From: Anaerolineae bacterium
GTDB taxonomy: Bacteria; Chloroflexota; Anaerolineae; UBA1429
Direction: 5' to 3'
Length of the DNA stretch: 64,000 bases
NCBI GenBank assembly: GCA_040767425.1
Contig: JAXGON010000012.1
Location: 11,764 to 75,763 of the forward strand
Part shown: positions 28,057-39,129 of the stretch, piece after piece
How positions within the stretch are numbered: position 1 is the stretch's first letter
How the letters are laid out: every line of letters begins with the position of its first letter
Program-made: the position numbers and the translations under genes
Notes under the pieces: model-generated
The model's database searches: none
What the model was told of the DNA's origin: nothing
Seen by the model: only the letters and a program-made list of their open reading frames with translations

Positions 28057-29454
28057 CTATAGCCGTTCGTCTCCCATCCATCCCGGGGCCGTCAAGCCCA
28101 GCCCCTCCAGGATGGTGGGCGCGACAGCATGCCACGTACGTGGGCTTGGCCCGGTTTGCGGCTCGCCCCCGGTGGCGATATAAAGGCCGTTCTGCGCGTG
28201 GTTGGCATCGTCGGGGCCGGTGTCGTTCTCGAACACGTGGAGCGCGCCGTGCCCCACCGATCCGACGGAGCGCCAGGCCAGGTTGCCAAGGTAGACGATC
28301 AGGTCGGGCGGAATGTTGGTAACCCGACGGTAGACATCCTCGGGGCGAAAGGCGCGGGTGCCGATGGGTTCGTTGCGCTGATCGGTAGTCGCCTCGAGCT
28401 CGGCGGCTAGCTGGTTGCGAAACGCCTCGTACTCTTCCGGCGGGACGACGCCGTGAGGCTCGCGGCCGGCGACGTTCACGAACACACGCGCATAGTAGCC
28501 GCCAGAGGCCCAGGCGCGGGTGTGCTCCCAGTCGATGGCACAGTCCTCCAGGCGGGCGATGCCCTCTGGCTGCTCCTTGAGCACCAGGTAGCCCCGCTGC
28601 ATCAGCCACTCGTTGATGCAAAAGCCGCCGATCATGGGCTGCCCGCCGTGGTCCGATAGTACCACGATGGTGGCGTCCCGCGGCAGCAGCGCGAGCATCT
28701 CGCCGATCTGGCCGTCGAGATACACGTAATAGTCGTGCATGGCGCGCTCGAAGGGATTCCCGGGCTCGTACATGGGGTGGGCGGGATCGCCGTATTTCCA
28801 AAAGCCGTGGTGGATGCGGTCGACGCCGATCTCGACCCAGACAAAGAGGTCCCAGGGCTTTGTTTCTAGCAGGTGCTTTACCAGACGGCAGTGCTGTGCC
28901 GTCATGGCCTGGATCTGACCCAAGAGCTGCTCTTTACGGTCGGTGCGAAAGGGCTGTACGTCGAGGGCATAGTCGCCCACTACCTCTTGGACCTCGTCCC
29001 TGAGCTCGGCTGGCCAGGTATACGCGGAGCGTGTGCTCGGCGTCAGGAATCCGCTGATCATCAGCCCGTTCACGGGGCGAACGGGGTACGTCTGCGGTAC
29101 GCCCACCACCGCCACCCGCTTGCCGGCGTCGCCAGCCAGATCCCACACGCGCGGCGCGGCGACGGCAGCTCCGGTGGCGATGCGCATCTTGTCGTAGGAA
29201 TAGTCGGCCCGGTTGCGAAAGCCATAGAACCCCAGCTCGCCCGGATCGCGCCCGCTGAACATGGAGGACCAGGCCGGCACCGTGATGGCCGGGATGGTGG
29301 TCTCCAGTGGGCCGTGCCTCCCCTGGGCAACCAGCCGGGAGAGGTTCGGCAGATCGGCGGCATAGCGGTCAAAGACCAGACTGGGCTCGGCGCAGTCCAG
29401 GCCGATCACGAACACCTTGTTGCGGGCGCGCCTGCGAAAGAGCCTGCCTAACAC
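28057..29454 (-). CDS. alkaline-phosphatase-superfamily protein (type I phosphodiesterase/nucleotide pyrophosphatase-like), paralog 2
   Basis: VFVIGLDCAEP N-terminal motif and LSDHGGQ; overall collinear with paralog 1. Confidence 0.6.
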   Translation of the reverse strand: MLGRLFRRRARNKVFVIGLDCAEPSLVFDRYAADLPNLSRLVAQGRHGPLETTIPAITVPAWSSMFSGRDPGELGFYGFRNRADYSYDKMRIATGAAVAAPRVWDLAGDAGKRVAVVGVPQTYPVRPVNGLMISGFLTPSTRSAYTWPAELRDEVQEVVGDYALDVQPFRTDRKEQLLGQIQAMTAQHCRLVKHLLETKPWDLFVWVEIGVDRIHHGFWKYGDPAHPMYEPGNPFERAMHDYYVYLDGQIGEMLALLPRDATIVVLSDHGGQPMIGGFCINEWLMQRGYLVLKEQPEGIARLEDCAIDWEHTRAWASGGYYARVFVNVAGREPHGVVPPEEYEAFRNQLAAELEATTDQRNEPIGTRAFRPEDVYRRVTNIPPDLIVYLGNLAWRSVGSVGHGALHVFENDTGPDDANHAQNGLYIATGGEPQTGPSPRTWHAVAPTILEGLGLTAPGWMGDERL

Positions 29455-29691
29455 AGCGATGACACCCCTCTGGACCAGTCCGTTTCACTCAGGTTCCCAC
29501 TTCGTACAGACACGCCGTCATCGAGCGCAGCGTGTAGCGTGCGGGAGGATCACCAAGGACAGTCTATGCAGGGACGGCGACGTTGCCAAACCACGCGGCC
29601 CCTGCCGTCGCTTGGCGGCTGGGGTGGACAGTGCCACCGTGCGGGGCTATGATCGTTGCTGAATATGGGTGCTAGACGACGGGAGGTGGAT

Positions 29692-30858
29692 ATGGCCGAC
29701 AAGCTACGTGCGGGCGTTATCGGGTTGGGCATCTTGGGCTCCCAGCATGCCGAGTACATGGCGGCTCATGCTGAGGTGGATCTGGTGGCGGTGGCCGACA
29801 TTCGCAGCGATACGGCCAACGAGGTGGCGTGCCGCCTGGGCGCCGAGAGCTATACCGACTATGGGCGGATGCTGGCCGAACATGCCCTGGACCTGGTGGT
29901 CGTCGCGACGCCAGATCCGTTGCACAAGGAGCCGACGCTGGCCGCCCTCAAGGCTGGCGTGCCGACGATCCTGCAGGAAAAGCCGCTGGCGACCACGCTG
30001 GCTGACGCTCAGGAGATCCATGATGAGGTGGAGGCTCGCAAAGCGCGGCTGTTTGTGAACTATGCCAACCGCGCGACGCCGCTGGATATGGCCACCCGCT
30101 ATGTGATGCAGCAGGGGCTCTTGGGGCCAGTGGTCTATGGCGAATCGCGCCTGGATGATAACATCTGCGTGCCCACCCAGATGTGGGGCGGACGCAGCCG
30201 CGATTGGGCGGCTGGGTCGTCTACGGTCCACTTTTTGCTGAGCCACGTGGTCGATCTGCTCCGCTTTTATTTCAGGCCCGCAGAAGTGACCGACGTCTAT
30301 GCCATCAGCCAGCAACAGGTCCTGGGCTATACCCCAGACGTCTATGACGCGTTCCTGACGTTCGATTCGGGGATGCGGGTGCGGGTCAAAGCGGAGTGGA
30401 TCAAGCATATCGACGAGCTGGTCGAGTTCTACATGTGCTTTTCGGGGCACAAGGGCACGCTGATCTATAACAAGCGGGGAGGGTTCGGGACGGAGCCTGG
30501 CTGGCGGGCCAATCTGCCCGATGAGATCGATGCCGCAACGTTGCTGGGCCACCAAGAGGCCCTGTCGGCGGTGGGAGCTAACGTACGGGCGATGTTCCAT
30601 CGACCTGAACCGATGGCGGGGACGCTGCGAGCAGGTACTTGGGGGCGTGTCCCAGCGCTCGAGTATCGCGGGCTGGGCTATGGCCGCCCCATGGCGCTAT
30701 CGGACGCGATTATCGAGGCCATTCTGGGTGATACGCTGGAGCCTGAAGGTTGGGAGGGGTTGGGCCCCCTTCCGACCCATGAGGATGGGCTGGCGCAGAC
30801 TCGCATCACCGATGCCATCATCAAGTCGGCCAAGCTCGGCGAGCCCGTTAGCCTCTAG
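29692..30858 (+). CDS. Gfo/Idh/MocA-family NAD(P)-dependent oxidoreductase
   Basis: LRAGVIGLGILGSQHA Rossmann N-terminus; EKPLATT motif characteristic of the family. Confidence 0.75.
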   Translation: MADKLRAGVIGLGILGSQHAEYMAAHAEVDLVAVADIRSDTANEVACRLGAESYTDYGRMLAEHALDLVVVATPDPLHKEPTLAALKAGVPTILQEKPLATTLADAQEIHDEVEARKARLFVNYANRATPLDMATRYVMQQGLLGPVVYGESRLDDNICVPTQMWGGRSRDWAAGSSTVHFLLSHVVDLLRFYFRPAEVTDVYAISQQQVLGYTPDVYDAFLTFDSGMRVRVKAEWIKHIDELVEFYMCFSGHKGTLIYNKRGGFGTEPGWRANLPDEIDAATLLGHQEALSAVGANVRAMFHRPEPMAGTLRAGTWGRVPALEYRGLGYGRPMALSDAIIEAILGDTLEPEGWEGLGPLPTHEDGLAQTRITDAIIKSAKLGEPVSL

Positions 30859-30920
30859 GACAAGACGGCAACCACATGTGCCGCGCCAGATATCCTGGCG
30901 CGGCCAGCGCCTATGCCGAG

Positions 30921-31355
30921 CTACTCTGCCACCGTCTCGGGCGGCAGATCATCGCCGCGCGTAAACTGGGCGGCCAAGCTCTCTTGCGTCAGATACCAGA
31001 TGGTCACGGCGCCGACCGCGGTCCCCGTGGGAAAGTCCAAGAGGGACAGGACGGCCAACACCAAGGCGCCCCAGCGCGACCAGGGTTGCATCTTGAGCAG
31101 GCCCCAACCTACGGCGATGGACAACGCCGCATAGATCAGGGTCACCATGGCCACTATGCCCAGGAGGACAGTCATAAAGGCGACGCCCGCTGCGTTGGTC
31201 GCCGTCAGCAGGATGAGCAGCGCCAAGAGCACCAGGATCCCAGTGGCCGTCAGGGACACTGCTCCCACAAAGAAGCGATAGATTGCTAGTAGCGTGACGC
31301 CCTGCGGGCGTCGGTTCTGTCCTCCGGCCATAGTGCCTCCTCGTTGGTCCGTCAT
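30921..31355 (-). CDS. hypothetical 4-TM membrane protein
   Basis: 144 aa, four hydrophobic helices; no recognisable catalytic motif. Confidence 0.4.
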   Translation of the reverse strand: MTDQRGGTMAGGQNRRPQGVTLLAIYRFFVGAVSLTATGILVLLALLILLTATNAAGVAFMTVLLGIVAMVTLIYAALSIAVGWGLLKMQPWSRWGALVLAVLSLLDFPTGTAVGAVTIWYLTQESLAAQFTRGDDLPPETVAE

Positions 31356-31397
31356 TCCTTCACAGGCTATACGGCTTTCGGTGCAGCGTGTTGCGCC

Positions 31398-32492
31398 CTA
31401 GGGTCGCCAGCGCCGCCCTTCGTCGAGCATGATCAAATAGCTCTCCAGCGGGATATAGTTGGCGACGCTGTTGCCCGTGCCCAGGCAGTAGCCTCCGCCA
31501 GGCATACAGGCCTCGAGGGTCTCGCGCACGCGGGAGCGGATGGCCGACTCATCGGCGCGGCAGAGAAAGTCGACGTCGATGCCGCCCAGGGCCGAGAGGC
31601 GGTCTCCATAGAGCCGCTTGTGCTCGATCACCGTGATGATCGTATCCTCGAACGAGTGCTGGGCGTCGATGCGCACATCCTCGATGAGATCCTCCATGAT
31701 CTCGCGCAGGTTGCCGCACGAGTGTAGCAGGTAGGGCCGCCCCGCCGCGTGAGACATTCCCGCCATCAGCTTGTGGCCTGGTAGAACGAATTCGCGGAGG
31801 TCATCTGGGCCGATGAGCGTGGCCGAGCGAAAGCCCATGTCGTCGCTGCCCCAGACGAGCTTGACGCGATCAAACTGCAAGATGCGCTCCAGCGCCTGAC
31901 GGAACATCTCGGTAATGCGATCGGCGATGGCTCGGACCAGGTCGCGCTGATCGAACAGCGCATAGCAGAGCGTCTCATAGCCCATCAGCCAGGTGAGGTA
32001 CTCGGCAAAGTGGCCAAAGCCACCACCGCCGATGATGCACATATCATCGGGTAGGTTGTCCTGATACCACTCGAGCATCCGCGTATGAGCATCGGTCATC
32101 TGGGGCCAGGGGTAGGCCTCGAACTCTTCCCAGGACGTGATGGGGCCCCGCCCCTCCGACATGAACTGGCGTCCGCCCGTGCGTTCCAGGTCGGCCGTGT
32201 CGGCGGCGGAGCCATAGTTGAACGTCATCGTCAGCCCTTCGACGCCCGCTCGCACATGATCGTATCCCAGGAACCGCTGGATGATGACCTCGGATTTGAC
32301 GTCAAAGAAAGGATCGTCAGCATCGAGCCCATCCCAGAGATGGAACCGCCGAGCCACGGCCTGGCGGACCTCTTGGTCGAGGAACAACTCGATATGGTGC
32401 ACCCTTTGCGGCGTGCCCTGGCGGAGGATGCAGCAGTCACGCAGCTCCTCCCAGTCGGGTGTGATCTGGTCGCGCAATAGCCGTTCGGCCAT
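31398..32492 (-). CDS. uroporphyrinogen decarboxylase (URO-D) family protein, paralog C, retaining the MtaA-like HxCG zinc motif
   Basis: IGGGGFGHFAEYLTWLMGYE (URO-D GFxGxP.TLA.Y region); VWGSDDMG; LLHSCGN. Confidence 0.55.
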   Translation of the reverse strand: MAERLLRDQITPDWEELRDCCILRQGTPQRVHHIELFLDQEVRQAVARRFHLWDGLDADDPFFDVKSEVIIQRFLGYDHVRAGVEGLTMTFNYGSAADTADLERTGGRQFMSEGRGPITSWEEFEAYPWPQMTDAHTRMLEWYQDNLPDDMCIIGGGGFGHFAEYLTWLMGYETLCYALFDQRDLVRAIADRITEMFRQALERILQFDRVKLVWGSDDMGFRSATLIGPDDLREFVLPGHKLMAGMSHAAGRPYLLHSCGNLREIMEDLIEDVRIDAQHSFEDTIITVIEHKRLYGDRLSALGGIDVDFLCRADESAIRSRVRETLEACMPGGGYCLGTGNSVANYIPLESYLIMLDEGRRWRP

Positions 32493-32525
32493 GGCCTTGT
32501 TCTCCTCTCTGGTCGTCGCGTCGGC

Positions 32526-33686
32526 TCACCAGTTGGTGTAGGAGCCATCCTCTTTGTGGAGGTGCGGGGGTTCTGAGAAGCGGAACTCGCCCGCTGCCGC
32601 CAGCTCCTCGTTGACGTCGACGCCCAGGCCAGGCGTGTCGGGAACGATGTAGCGCGGTCCATCCAGCTGCACCTGCCGCGGAAAGAGATCGGCATTGTCG
32701 GCGCCGAGCTGCTCGGTGGGCGTGGCGCGGCACTCGAGCCAGGAAAAGTTGGAGACCGCTGCCGCTAGGTGGACCGTGGCGGCCGTGCAGACGGGGCCCA
32801 GCGGATTGTGCGGCATGAGGTCGATATAGTGGGCTTCACACCAGCCCGCAACCTTGATGGCCTCGGTCAGGCCGCCAACGTTGCAGACGTCGACCCGCGC
32901 ATAGTTGGTGAGCCCCTGCTCGATATAGGGCAGGAATTCCCACTTGCTCGAGATCTCCTCGCCGATGGCCAATGGCACGTCGATCATGGTGCGCAGCGAC
33001 TGGTAGGCGGGCGGACACTCGTCGCGGATCGGCTCTTCCAGAAAATCGAGCGTGCCGTTGGGCATGCGCTGGCAGAACGAGGCCGTCTCGGCGACGTTGA
33101 GGCGGTGGTGGTAGTCGATGCCCAAGACGGGGTCGGGCCCCAAGGTCTGGCGGAGCTGGGTCAGCAGCTCGGCCGTTGCGCCGATAGAGCGCCAGGGCTC
33201 CCAGGCGCGCGGATCCTCCGAGCGGCCGCGGTAACCGATGCTGGTACGGATGGCCTGCCAACCGTGTTCCAGCAAGAGGCGGGCATCGGCTTCGGCCTTT
33301 TCCAGGTTGCTCAACCCGATGGTGGCGAATACGGGGACATAGTCCCGCTGCTTGCCGCCTAGCAGCTGGTACACAGGGACACCCAAGGCCTTGCCGACGA
33401 TGTCGTACAGGGCCAAGTCGATGGCCGAGATCGCGGCAGTGAGCACGCGGCCGCCCTCAAAGTAGGCGCTCCGATACATCTCTTGCCAATGGCGGCCGAT
33501 GGCGAACGGGTCGCGCCCCAGGAGGAACTCACGAAAGTGCCTGACGGCGCCCACCACCGCGAGCTCGCGACCCGAGAGGCCCGACTCGCCCCAGCCGTAC
33601 ACGCCGTCATCGGTCTCGACCTTGACCACCAGTTGGTTTCGGCTGCCCACCCACACTGGATAGGCCTTGATGTCACTGATGCGCAT
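32526..33686 (-). CDS. enolase-superfamily dehydratase (D-galactonate/D-mannonate dehydratase-like, MR/MLE family)
   Basis: MRISDIKAY..V....LVVKVETDDGVYGWGE N-terminal capping domain; metal-ligand region GIDYHHRL...LEEP; start at the internal ATG 33686. Confidence 0.7.
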   Translation of the reverse strand: MRISDIKAYPVWVGSRNQLVVKVETDDGVYGWGESGLSGRELAVVGAVRHFREFLLGRDPFAIGRHWQEMYRSAYFEGGRVLTAAISAIDLALYDIVGKALGVPVYQLLGGKQRDYVPVFATIGLSNLEKAEADARLLLEHGWQAIRTSIGYRGRSEDPRAWEPWRSIGATAELLTQLRQTLGPDPVLGIDYHHRLNVAETASFCQRMPNGTLDFLEEPIRDECPPAYQSLRTMIDVPLAIGEEISSKWEFLPYIEQGLTNYARVDVCNVGGLTEAIKVAGWCEAHYIDLMPHNPLGPVCTAATVHLAAAVSNFSWLECRATPTEQLGADNADLFPRQVQLDGPRYIVPDTPGLGVDVNEELAAAGEFRFSEPPHLHKEDGSYTNW

Positions 33687-33885
33687 GGAATTCCCCTTCC
33701 CATTGCTAGATGTCTGTTGGCACAGTCTACGAGGGCGGCCCAGGCCTGGCAAGGGCGTTGGCAGAAGATCGTATTTCTAACCAAGTCACTTGATTTTAGC
33801 TGCCCCCCTGAGTAGACTGTTCAAGCGAATCGGACAGAGTAGACGTCTTGGACGAGCTGGCAACAGGGCAGGCAAGGATGTTGGG

Positions 33886-34854
33886 ATGAGAGGACAGGGG
33901 CGGCTAATCGTGGGGGTCTTTGTGGCGGCGGTGGCCGTTGGGGTGGCGTTTAGCCTCACGCAACCGCCCAATGGTCGGGTGGCGCTGGCCCCTAGCCCAA
34001 CCATCGCCGCGCCGCCAGCGCCCACGTCCATTGCCACGGTGGCGGAGCCCATCGTCACGGACACCGTCAGCCCTACCTCGATGGCCAGCCTTGTCGCGAG
34101 CCGGTCGCCGAGCGAGGAGGGGTCTACGAACACGCCCATGGCAGCGCCGACCGAGACGACCACCCCCGCGCAGACGGCCACATCGACCACCGAGCCCGCT
34201 CCGCCCACGTCGCCACCTGCGACGCGACGGCCGACAGCGAGTCCCAGATCGGGCAGCTTGGTCGTTGGGGGGATCGACTTGGCAGCGTCGTCGCAGCCCC
34301 TAACCCTCGCCTACCCGACCGATTGGGAGCGCGCCGATTGGTTGATGCTGGAGCAGGTCGGCATTCTGCTTTCGGATGCCACGGGCGAGAGCCTGCGTAT
34401 CTTTGACGACATCGGCTCGTGGCGGCCAGGTCATCGCATCTTTGTGTACGCCGACGGGCCGACGGGTGTGCCGATTCTCAGTATCCACGATGGCTACTGG
34501 GCGCGCCAGCCGCTGGAGGCGGAGCCGCTGCGGGCCCTGATCGAGGGCACGGTGGCATCGCCGTATGCCTTGGCCACCATCGAGGCCAATCTGGAGCGCT
34601 TGCGAGGGCACCCTGTGGTGTTTGGCCAGGGCGATCAAGAGGCTCGCTTTGTGGTGCGGAGGGCCGTCCGCATGGACGCCGAGACCACCAGCGCGTATCT
34701 GTCCCGCCCCGCCTACCTGAGCGAACGGTTCCCCGATGGCGAGGTTACCAGTGACACGCTCATCGTCATGATCTGCAGCGCGCGCCAGCCGAACGAGCCC
34801 AACGAGACCTTTCCCGCACGGTTCCTGCTCTTGCTTGGCCTGGAGGAGGGCTAG
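33886..34854 (+). CDS. secreted/membrane-anchored protein with Pro/Thr-rich linker and a possible sortase-like C-terminal domain
   Basis: N-terminal signal anchor (LIVGVFVAAVAVGVAF); PT-rich low-complexity segment; C-terminal GHR...TLIVMICS...ARFLLL loosely aligns to the sortase His/Cys/Arg triad regions. Confidence 0.35.
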   Translation: MRGQGRLIVGVFVAAVAVGVAFSLTQPPNGRVALAPSPTIAAPPAPTSIATVAEPIVTDTVSPTSMASLVASRSPSEEGSTNTPMAAPTETTTPAQTATSTTEPAPPTSPPATRRPTASPRSGSLVVGGIDLAASSQPLTLAYPTDWERADWLMLEQVGILLSDATGESLRIFDDIGSWRPGHRIFVYADGPTGVPILSIHDGYWARQPLEAEPLRALIEGTVASPYALATIEANLERLRGHPVVFGQGDQEARFVVRRAVRMDAETTSAYLSRPAYLSERFPDGEVTSDTLIVMICSARQPNEPNETFPARFLLLLGLEEG

Positions 34855-34979
34855 CGCGCATGGCTCGGCTGGGCGCGGCGTGATGGCGTTGCCGTACGAT
34901 TGGACAGCCGTGTGGTCCTGACGTATACTTGGGCCTTGCTACTGCATTCATCCCGTATGGGAAGCTTGGGAGGATCACC

Positions 34980-35240
34980 TTGGCCAATACAGCTTCTGCC
35001 GCCAAGCGAGCGCGGCAATCTGAGAAACGACGTATGCGCAATCGCCTGATTCGCACGCGGATGCGCAACAGCGTGCGCCGTGCGCGGGTGGCCCTGTCGG
35101 CGGGCGACCGCGAAGCCGCCGAGGATGTGGTACGTCAGGCTTGTCGTGAGCTGGACAAGGCGGCTCAGAAGGGCGTCATCCATCGCAACACGGCTGCCCG
35201 AACCAAGTCTCGCCTGGCTTCGAGGCTGAATACGCTCTAG
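34980..35240 (+). CDS. rpsT: 30S ribosomal protein S20
   Basis: ANTASAAKRARQSEKRR...NRLIRTRMRN matches S20; TTG start preceded by GGGAGGA. Confidence 0.85.
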   Translation: MANTASAAKRARQSEKRRMRNRLIRTRMRNSVRRARVALSAGDREAAEDVVRQACRELDKAAQKGVIHRNTAARTKSRLASRLNTL

Positions 35241-35263
35241 CCAGCTCCACCACGATACCTCTA

Positions 35264-35292
35264 GGGCGCCAGGAGCATCTGGCGTCCTTTTG
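35264..35292 (+). terminator. rho-independent terminator after rpsT (CGCCAGG-agcat-CTGGCG + TCCTTTT)
   Basis: Hairpin plus T-rich tail ~25 nt after the rpsT stop. Confidence 0.5.
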
Positions 35293-35307
35293 CTGCGTCT
35301 CTGAGGT

Positions 35308-37602
35308 CTAGTCCAGATCAGGAACGCGGAGGAGATGAACGTCTCCGCTGGACATGGCTGGTTCGAGCCAGACGATGAGCTGGGCCAGGCGGCGGTCGTC
35401 TAGTCCGTAGCGATCCCGTTCGTATGCCCCGATATAGAGATAGCGAGCGCCGTAGCGTGCCAGCGTCTCCACCACCTCGCTCTCGCTGCCTGAGACATAG
35501 ATGACCTCCAGATCCTCAAGGCGCGGCGCCAGCATGGCGTCATGCCCGCGCCACTGCACCACGTGGCCGGGCCAGCCGAGGATGGTGGGCATCCCCGTGA
35601 GGGCTGACAGGCGGCTGGTGGCTGGATCGTAGGTCTCGCCGGGTGCTTCGACCAGCACGTCGTCGGCTTGGCCGTTCGCCAGCAGCCAGCGGTAGGCGGC
35701 GTAGGCGTCGGGATCCTCTTCAGCCAAGTACGCTGCGCCGTCTAGGGTCCAAGTGGAGGGGCTTTCAGCCCATCGGCTGGCGGCCGCCAAGGGCAAGTAG
35801 GGCAGCGAGAGGGCCAGGAGCAGTGCCCAGGGGACGAGGGCCCAGCGACGAGGGCGTTGAGCCTGCCACAGACGATAGGCGGCACAAGCAGCGCTCGCCG
35901 CCAGCAGGATCCATGCCTGCTGATACACCTTGAAGAGCGTGTTCATTCGGGTGCCAAACAGGTCGCGGATGTAAACAAACTCGACGCCGATGAGGGCCAG
36001 GCTGGCCAAGAGCGCCAGCAGGTGCCCCGCTAGCTGCGGCAGCGACGCCTCGGCCCCGTCCGCCACGATCCGCGCCCACAGATCTTCGATCAGCAGGCCC
36101 ACGAGAATCGAGAGCAGCAGCGCTGCCCAGGGGCCCACGTTGAGCGCCCCCACCAACGCTAGGCCCCAGACGCCGACTCCCCCCAGGACTAGTACTGCCA
36201 ACCATGGGGCCAACGCCACTGACAGGCTCAACCAGGCCACACGTCGCCACGAGCGTTTGGTCGGGCGCGGAGCGAGGATCAGCTCCAGCGTGATGGGCAG
36301 GTACCAGAGCCCGAACTGCAAGATCAGGCTCCGTAATCGCGTCCGTGTGAGAATCACAAAACCAAGCCCTTGGACCTGTGACTCGAGCTGGGCATAGAAC
36401 GGCGCATAGAGCAGCCCACAGAGGCCTAGGCCGACCACCGATACCAGGGCCGCCTCGACCAGAGAGCGCCAGGGTCGATGGGTGTACGCCCAGCGGCCCA
36501 CTCCCCAAGCCAGGCCGATCAGGGCGACGATGACGGGCAGATCCCAGGTGTTGACCATGCCCGCATACCCGATCGGTAGCACAGCCAACGCGAGGGCCGC
36601 ATGGGGCCGTGTCCCGTGGCGCGATCGCGCTAGCAGCTCGATCGCGACCGCCACCCCGAGGGCCAGAAAGGGCAGGCCCATCAGGTGGGGATGCAGATCT
36701 CCCAGCAGAAAGCCAAAGGCGGGAAACTCGGTGATCAGCGTTCCCGAGCGCCCTCCCAGGGAGACGTCAGTGACAACGCGGCTGGCCCGCCACCACCAAA
36801 CGCCTTCGGGGAGCCAACGCCCCGTGATGGGCGCCTCGGCCAGGCCAGGGACGCCGCTCCAGCGCGCCAGCGTCGCTATCCCAAACCGTGCCTGGAGAAA
36901 CTCCAGGATCGGCTCCCCATTGCTGCAGCCCACGGTGGCGAGGGCTCCCAGGAGGGCGAACGTTCGGCTCTTTCGAGGGACTCCACTGGGTGCCAGCATG
37001 GCGTGGAGGGCGCCATAGCTGCCTACGGTGGCCAGGGCGGCGTATAGCCCCAGCCCCAGGTTGTACGCCGTTGGCGCTGGCGTGGCCGTGACCTGCGCCA
37101 GCAGCCCTACCAGAAGGTAGCCTCCGTAGTAATAGCTTACGGATTCGCCTGCCAGCCACGGATCGGCAGGCGGCATGGACGTGCTGCGCAGCGTGGCCGA
37201 GAGCATGGCCAGGTCCATGGGCTGCTCGGTGTGTTGGATGGCGGGCGTTCCGCCGCGGAAAAAGAGATAGAGCGCCAGGCTGCCAGCGAATAGCAGCTCG
37301 ACGGTGAGGATCTCGCGACGCATCTCGCGCAGAGCGTGCGGCGCGCTGCGCAACGTGCCCCACCAGGCCAGCGCCCCAGCCACCAGGCAGGCGGCACACA
37401 CGGCGATGGCCAAGGCACGGCCCGCAGGGAACAGGCCCACGCTGCTCGTGAGCCAGTAGAGATAGGCGGCCAGCACCAACCCGAGGAGACGGCTGACGGC
37501 CCATCCGCGGCCTGGAGCATGCGCCAAAAGCAGTCTGGCCCAAGGCCAGGCGGCCCATCCAAGCAGGGTGGTCAGCAGCCACCAGAGCAGGGCAAACGTC
37601 AT
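35308..37602 (-). CDS. large polytopic membrane protein, GT-C-like putative glycosyltransferase (DUF2298-like)
   Basis: 764 aa, >12 TM helices with a soluble C-terminal domain; architecture typical of ArnT/PMT-like GT-C enzymes; family assignment from memory only. Confidence 0.4.
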   Translation of the reverse strand: MTFALLWWLLTTLLGWAAWPWARLLLAHAPGRGWAVSRLLGLVLAAYLYWLTSSVGLFPAGRALAIAVCAACLVAGALAWWGTLRSAPHALREMRREILTVELLFAGSLALYLFFRGGTPAIQHTEQPMDLAMLSATLRSTSMPPADPWLAGESVSYYYGGYLLVGLLAQVTATPAPTAYNLGLGLYAALATVGSYGALHAMLAPSGVPRKSRTFALLGALATVGCSNGEPILEFLQARFGIATLARWSGVPGLAEAPITGRWLPEGVWWWRASRVVTDVSLGGRSGTLITEFPAFGFLLGDLHPHLMGLPFLALGVAVAIELLARSRHGTRPHAALALAVLPIGYAGMVNTWDLPVIVALIGLAWGVGRWAYTHRPWRSLVEAALVSVVGLGLCGLLYAPFYAQLESQVQGLGFVILTRTRLRSLILQFGLWYLPITLELILAPRPTKRSWRRVAWLSLSVALAPWLAVLVLGGVGVWGLALVGALNVGPWAALLLSILVGLLIEDLWARIVADGAEASLPQLAGHLLALLASLALIGVEFVYIRDLFGTRMNTLFKVYQQAWILLAASAACAAYRLWQAQRPRRWALVPWALLLALSLPYLPLAAASRWAESPSTWTLDGAAYLAEEDPDAYAAYRWLLANGQADDVLVEAPGETYDPATSRLSALTGMPTILGWPGHVVQWRGHDAMLAPRLEDLEVIYVSGSESEVVETLARYGARYLYIGAYERDRYGLDDRRLAQLIVWLEPAMSSGDVHLLRVPDLD

Positions 37603-37675
37603 CGGGGAACCCCATGCCTACGGGATACGGCGCGATAGGGGCATTCTAAGGCCTGGGAGCGAGGGCGCCAAGCAG

Positions 37676-37705
37676 AACGGGGCGGAAGCACGCTCCCGCC
37701 CCGTT
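37676..37705. terminator. 10-bp perfect stem hairpin (AACGGGGCGG-N10-CCGCCCCGTT) immediately downstream of eno; terminator-like, weak U tract
   Basis: Inverted repeat read from sequence between eno stop (37721) and the next gene start (37602). Confidence 0.35.
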
Positions 37706-37720
37706 GGCTAGCCGTTGGGC

Positions 37721-39124
<1,404 letters not shown>

Positions 39125-39129
39125 TCATA

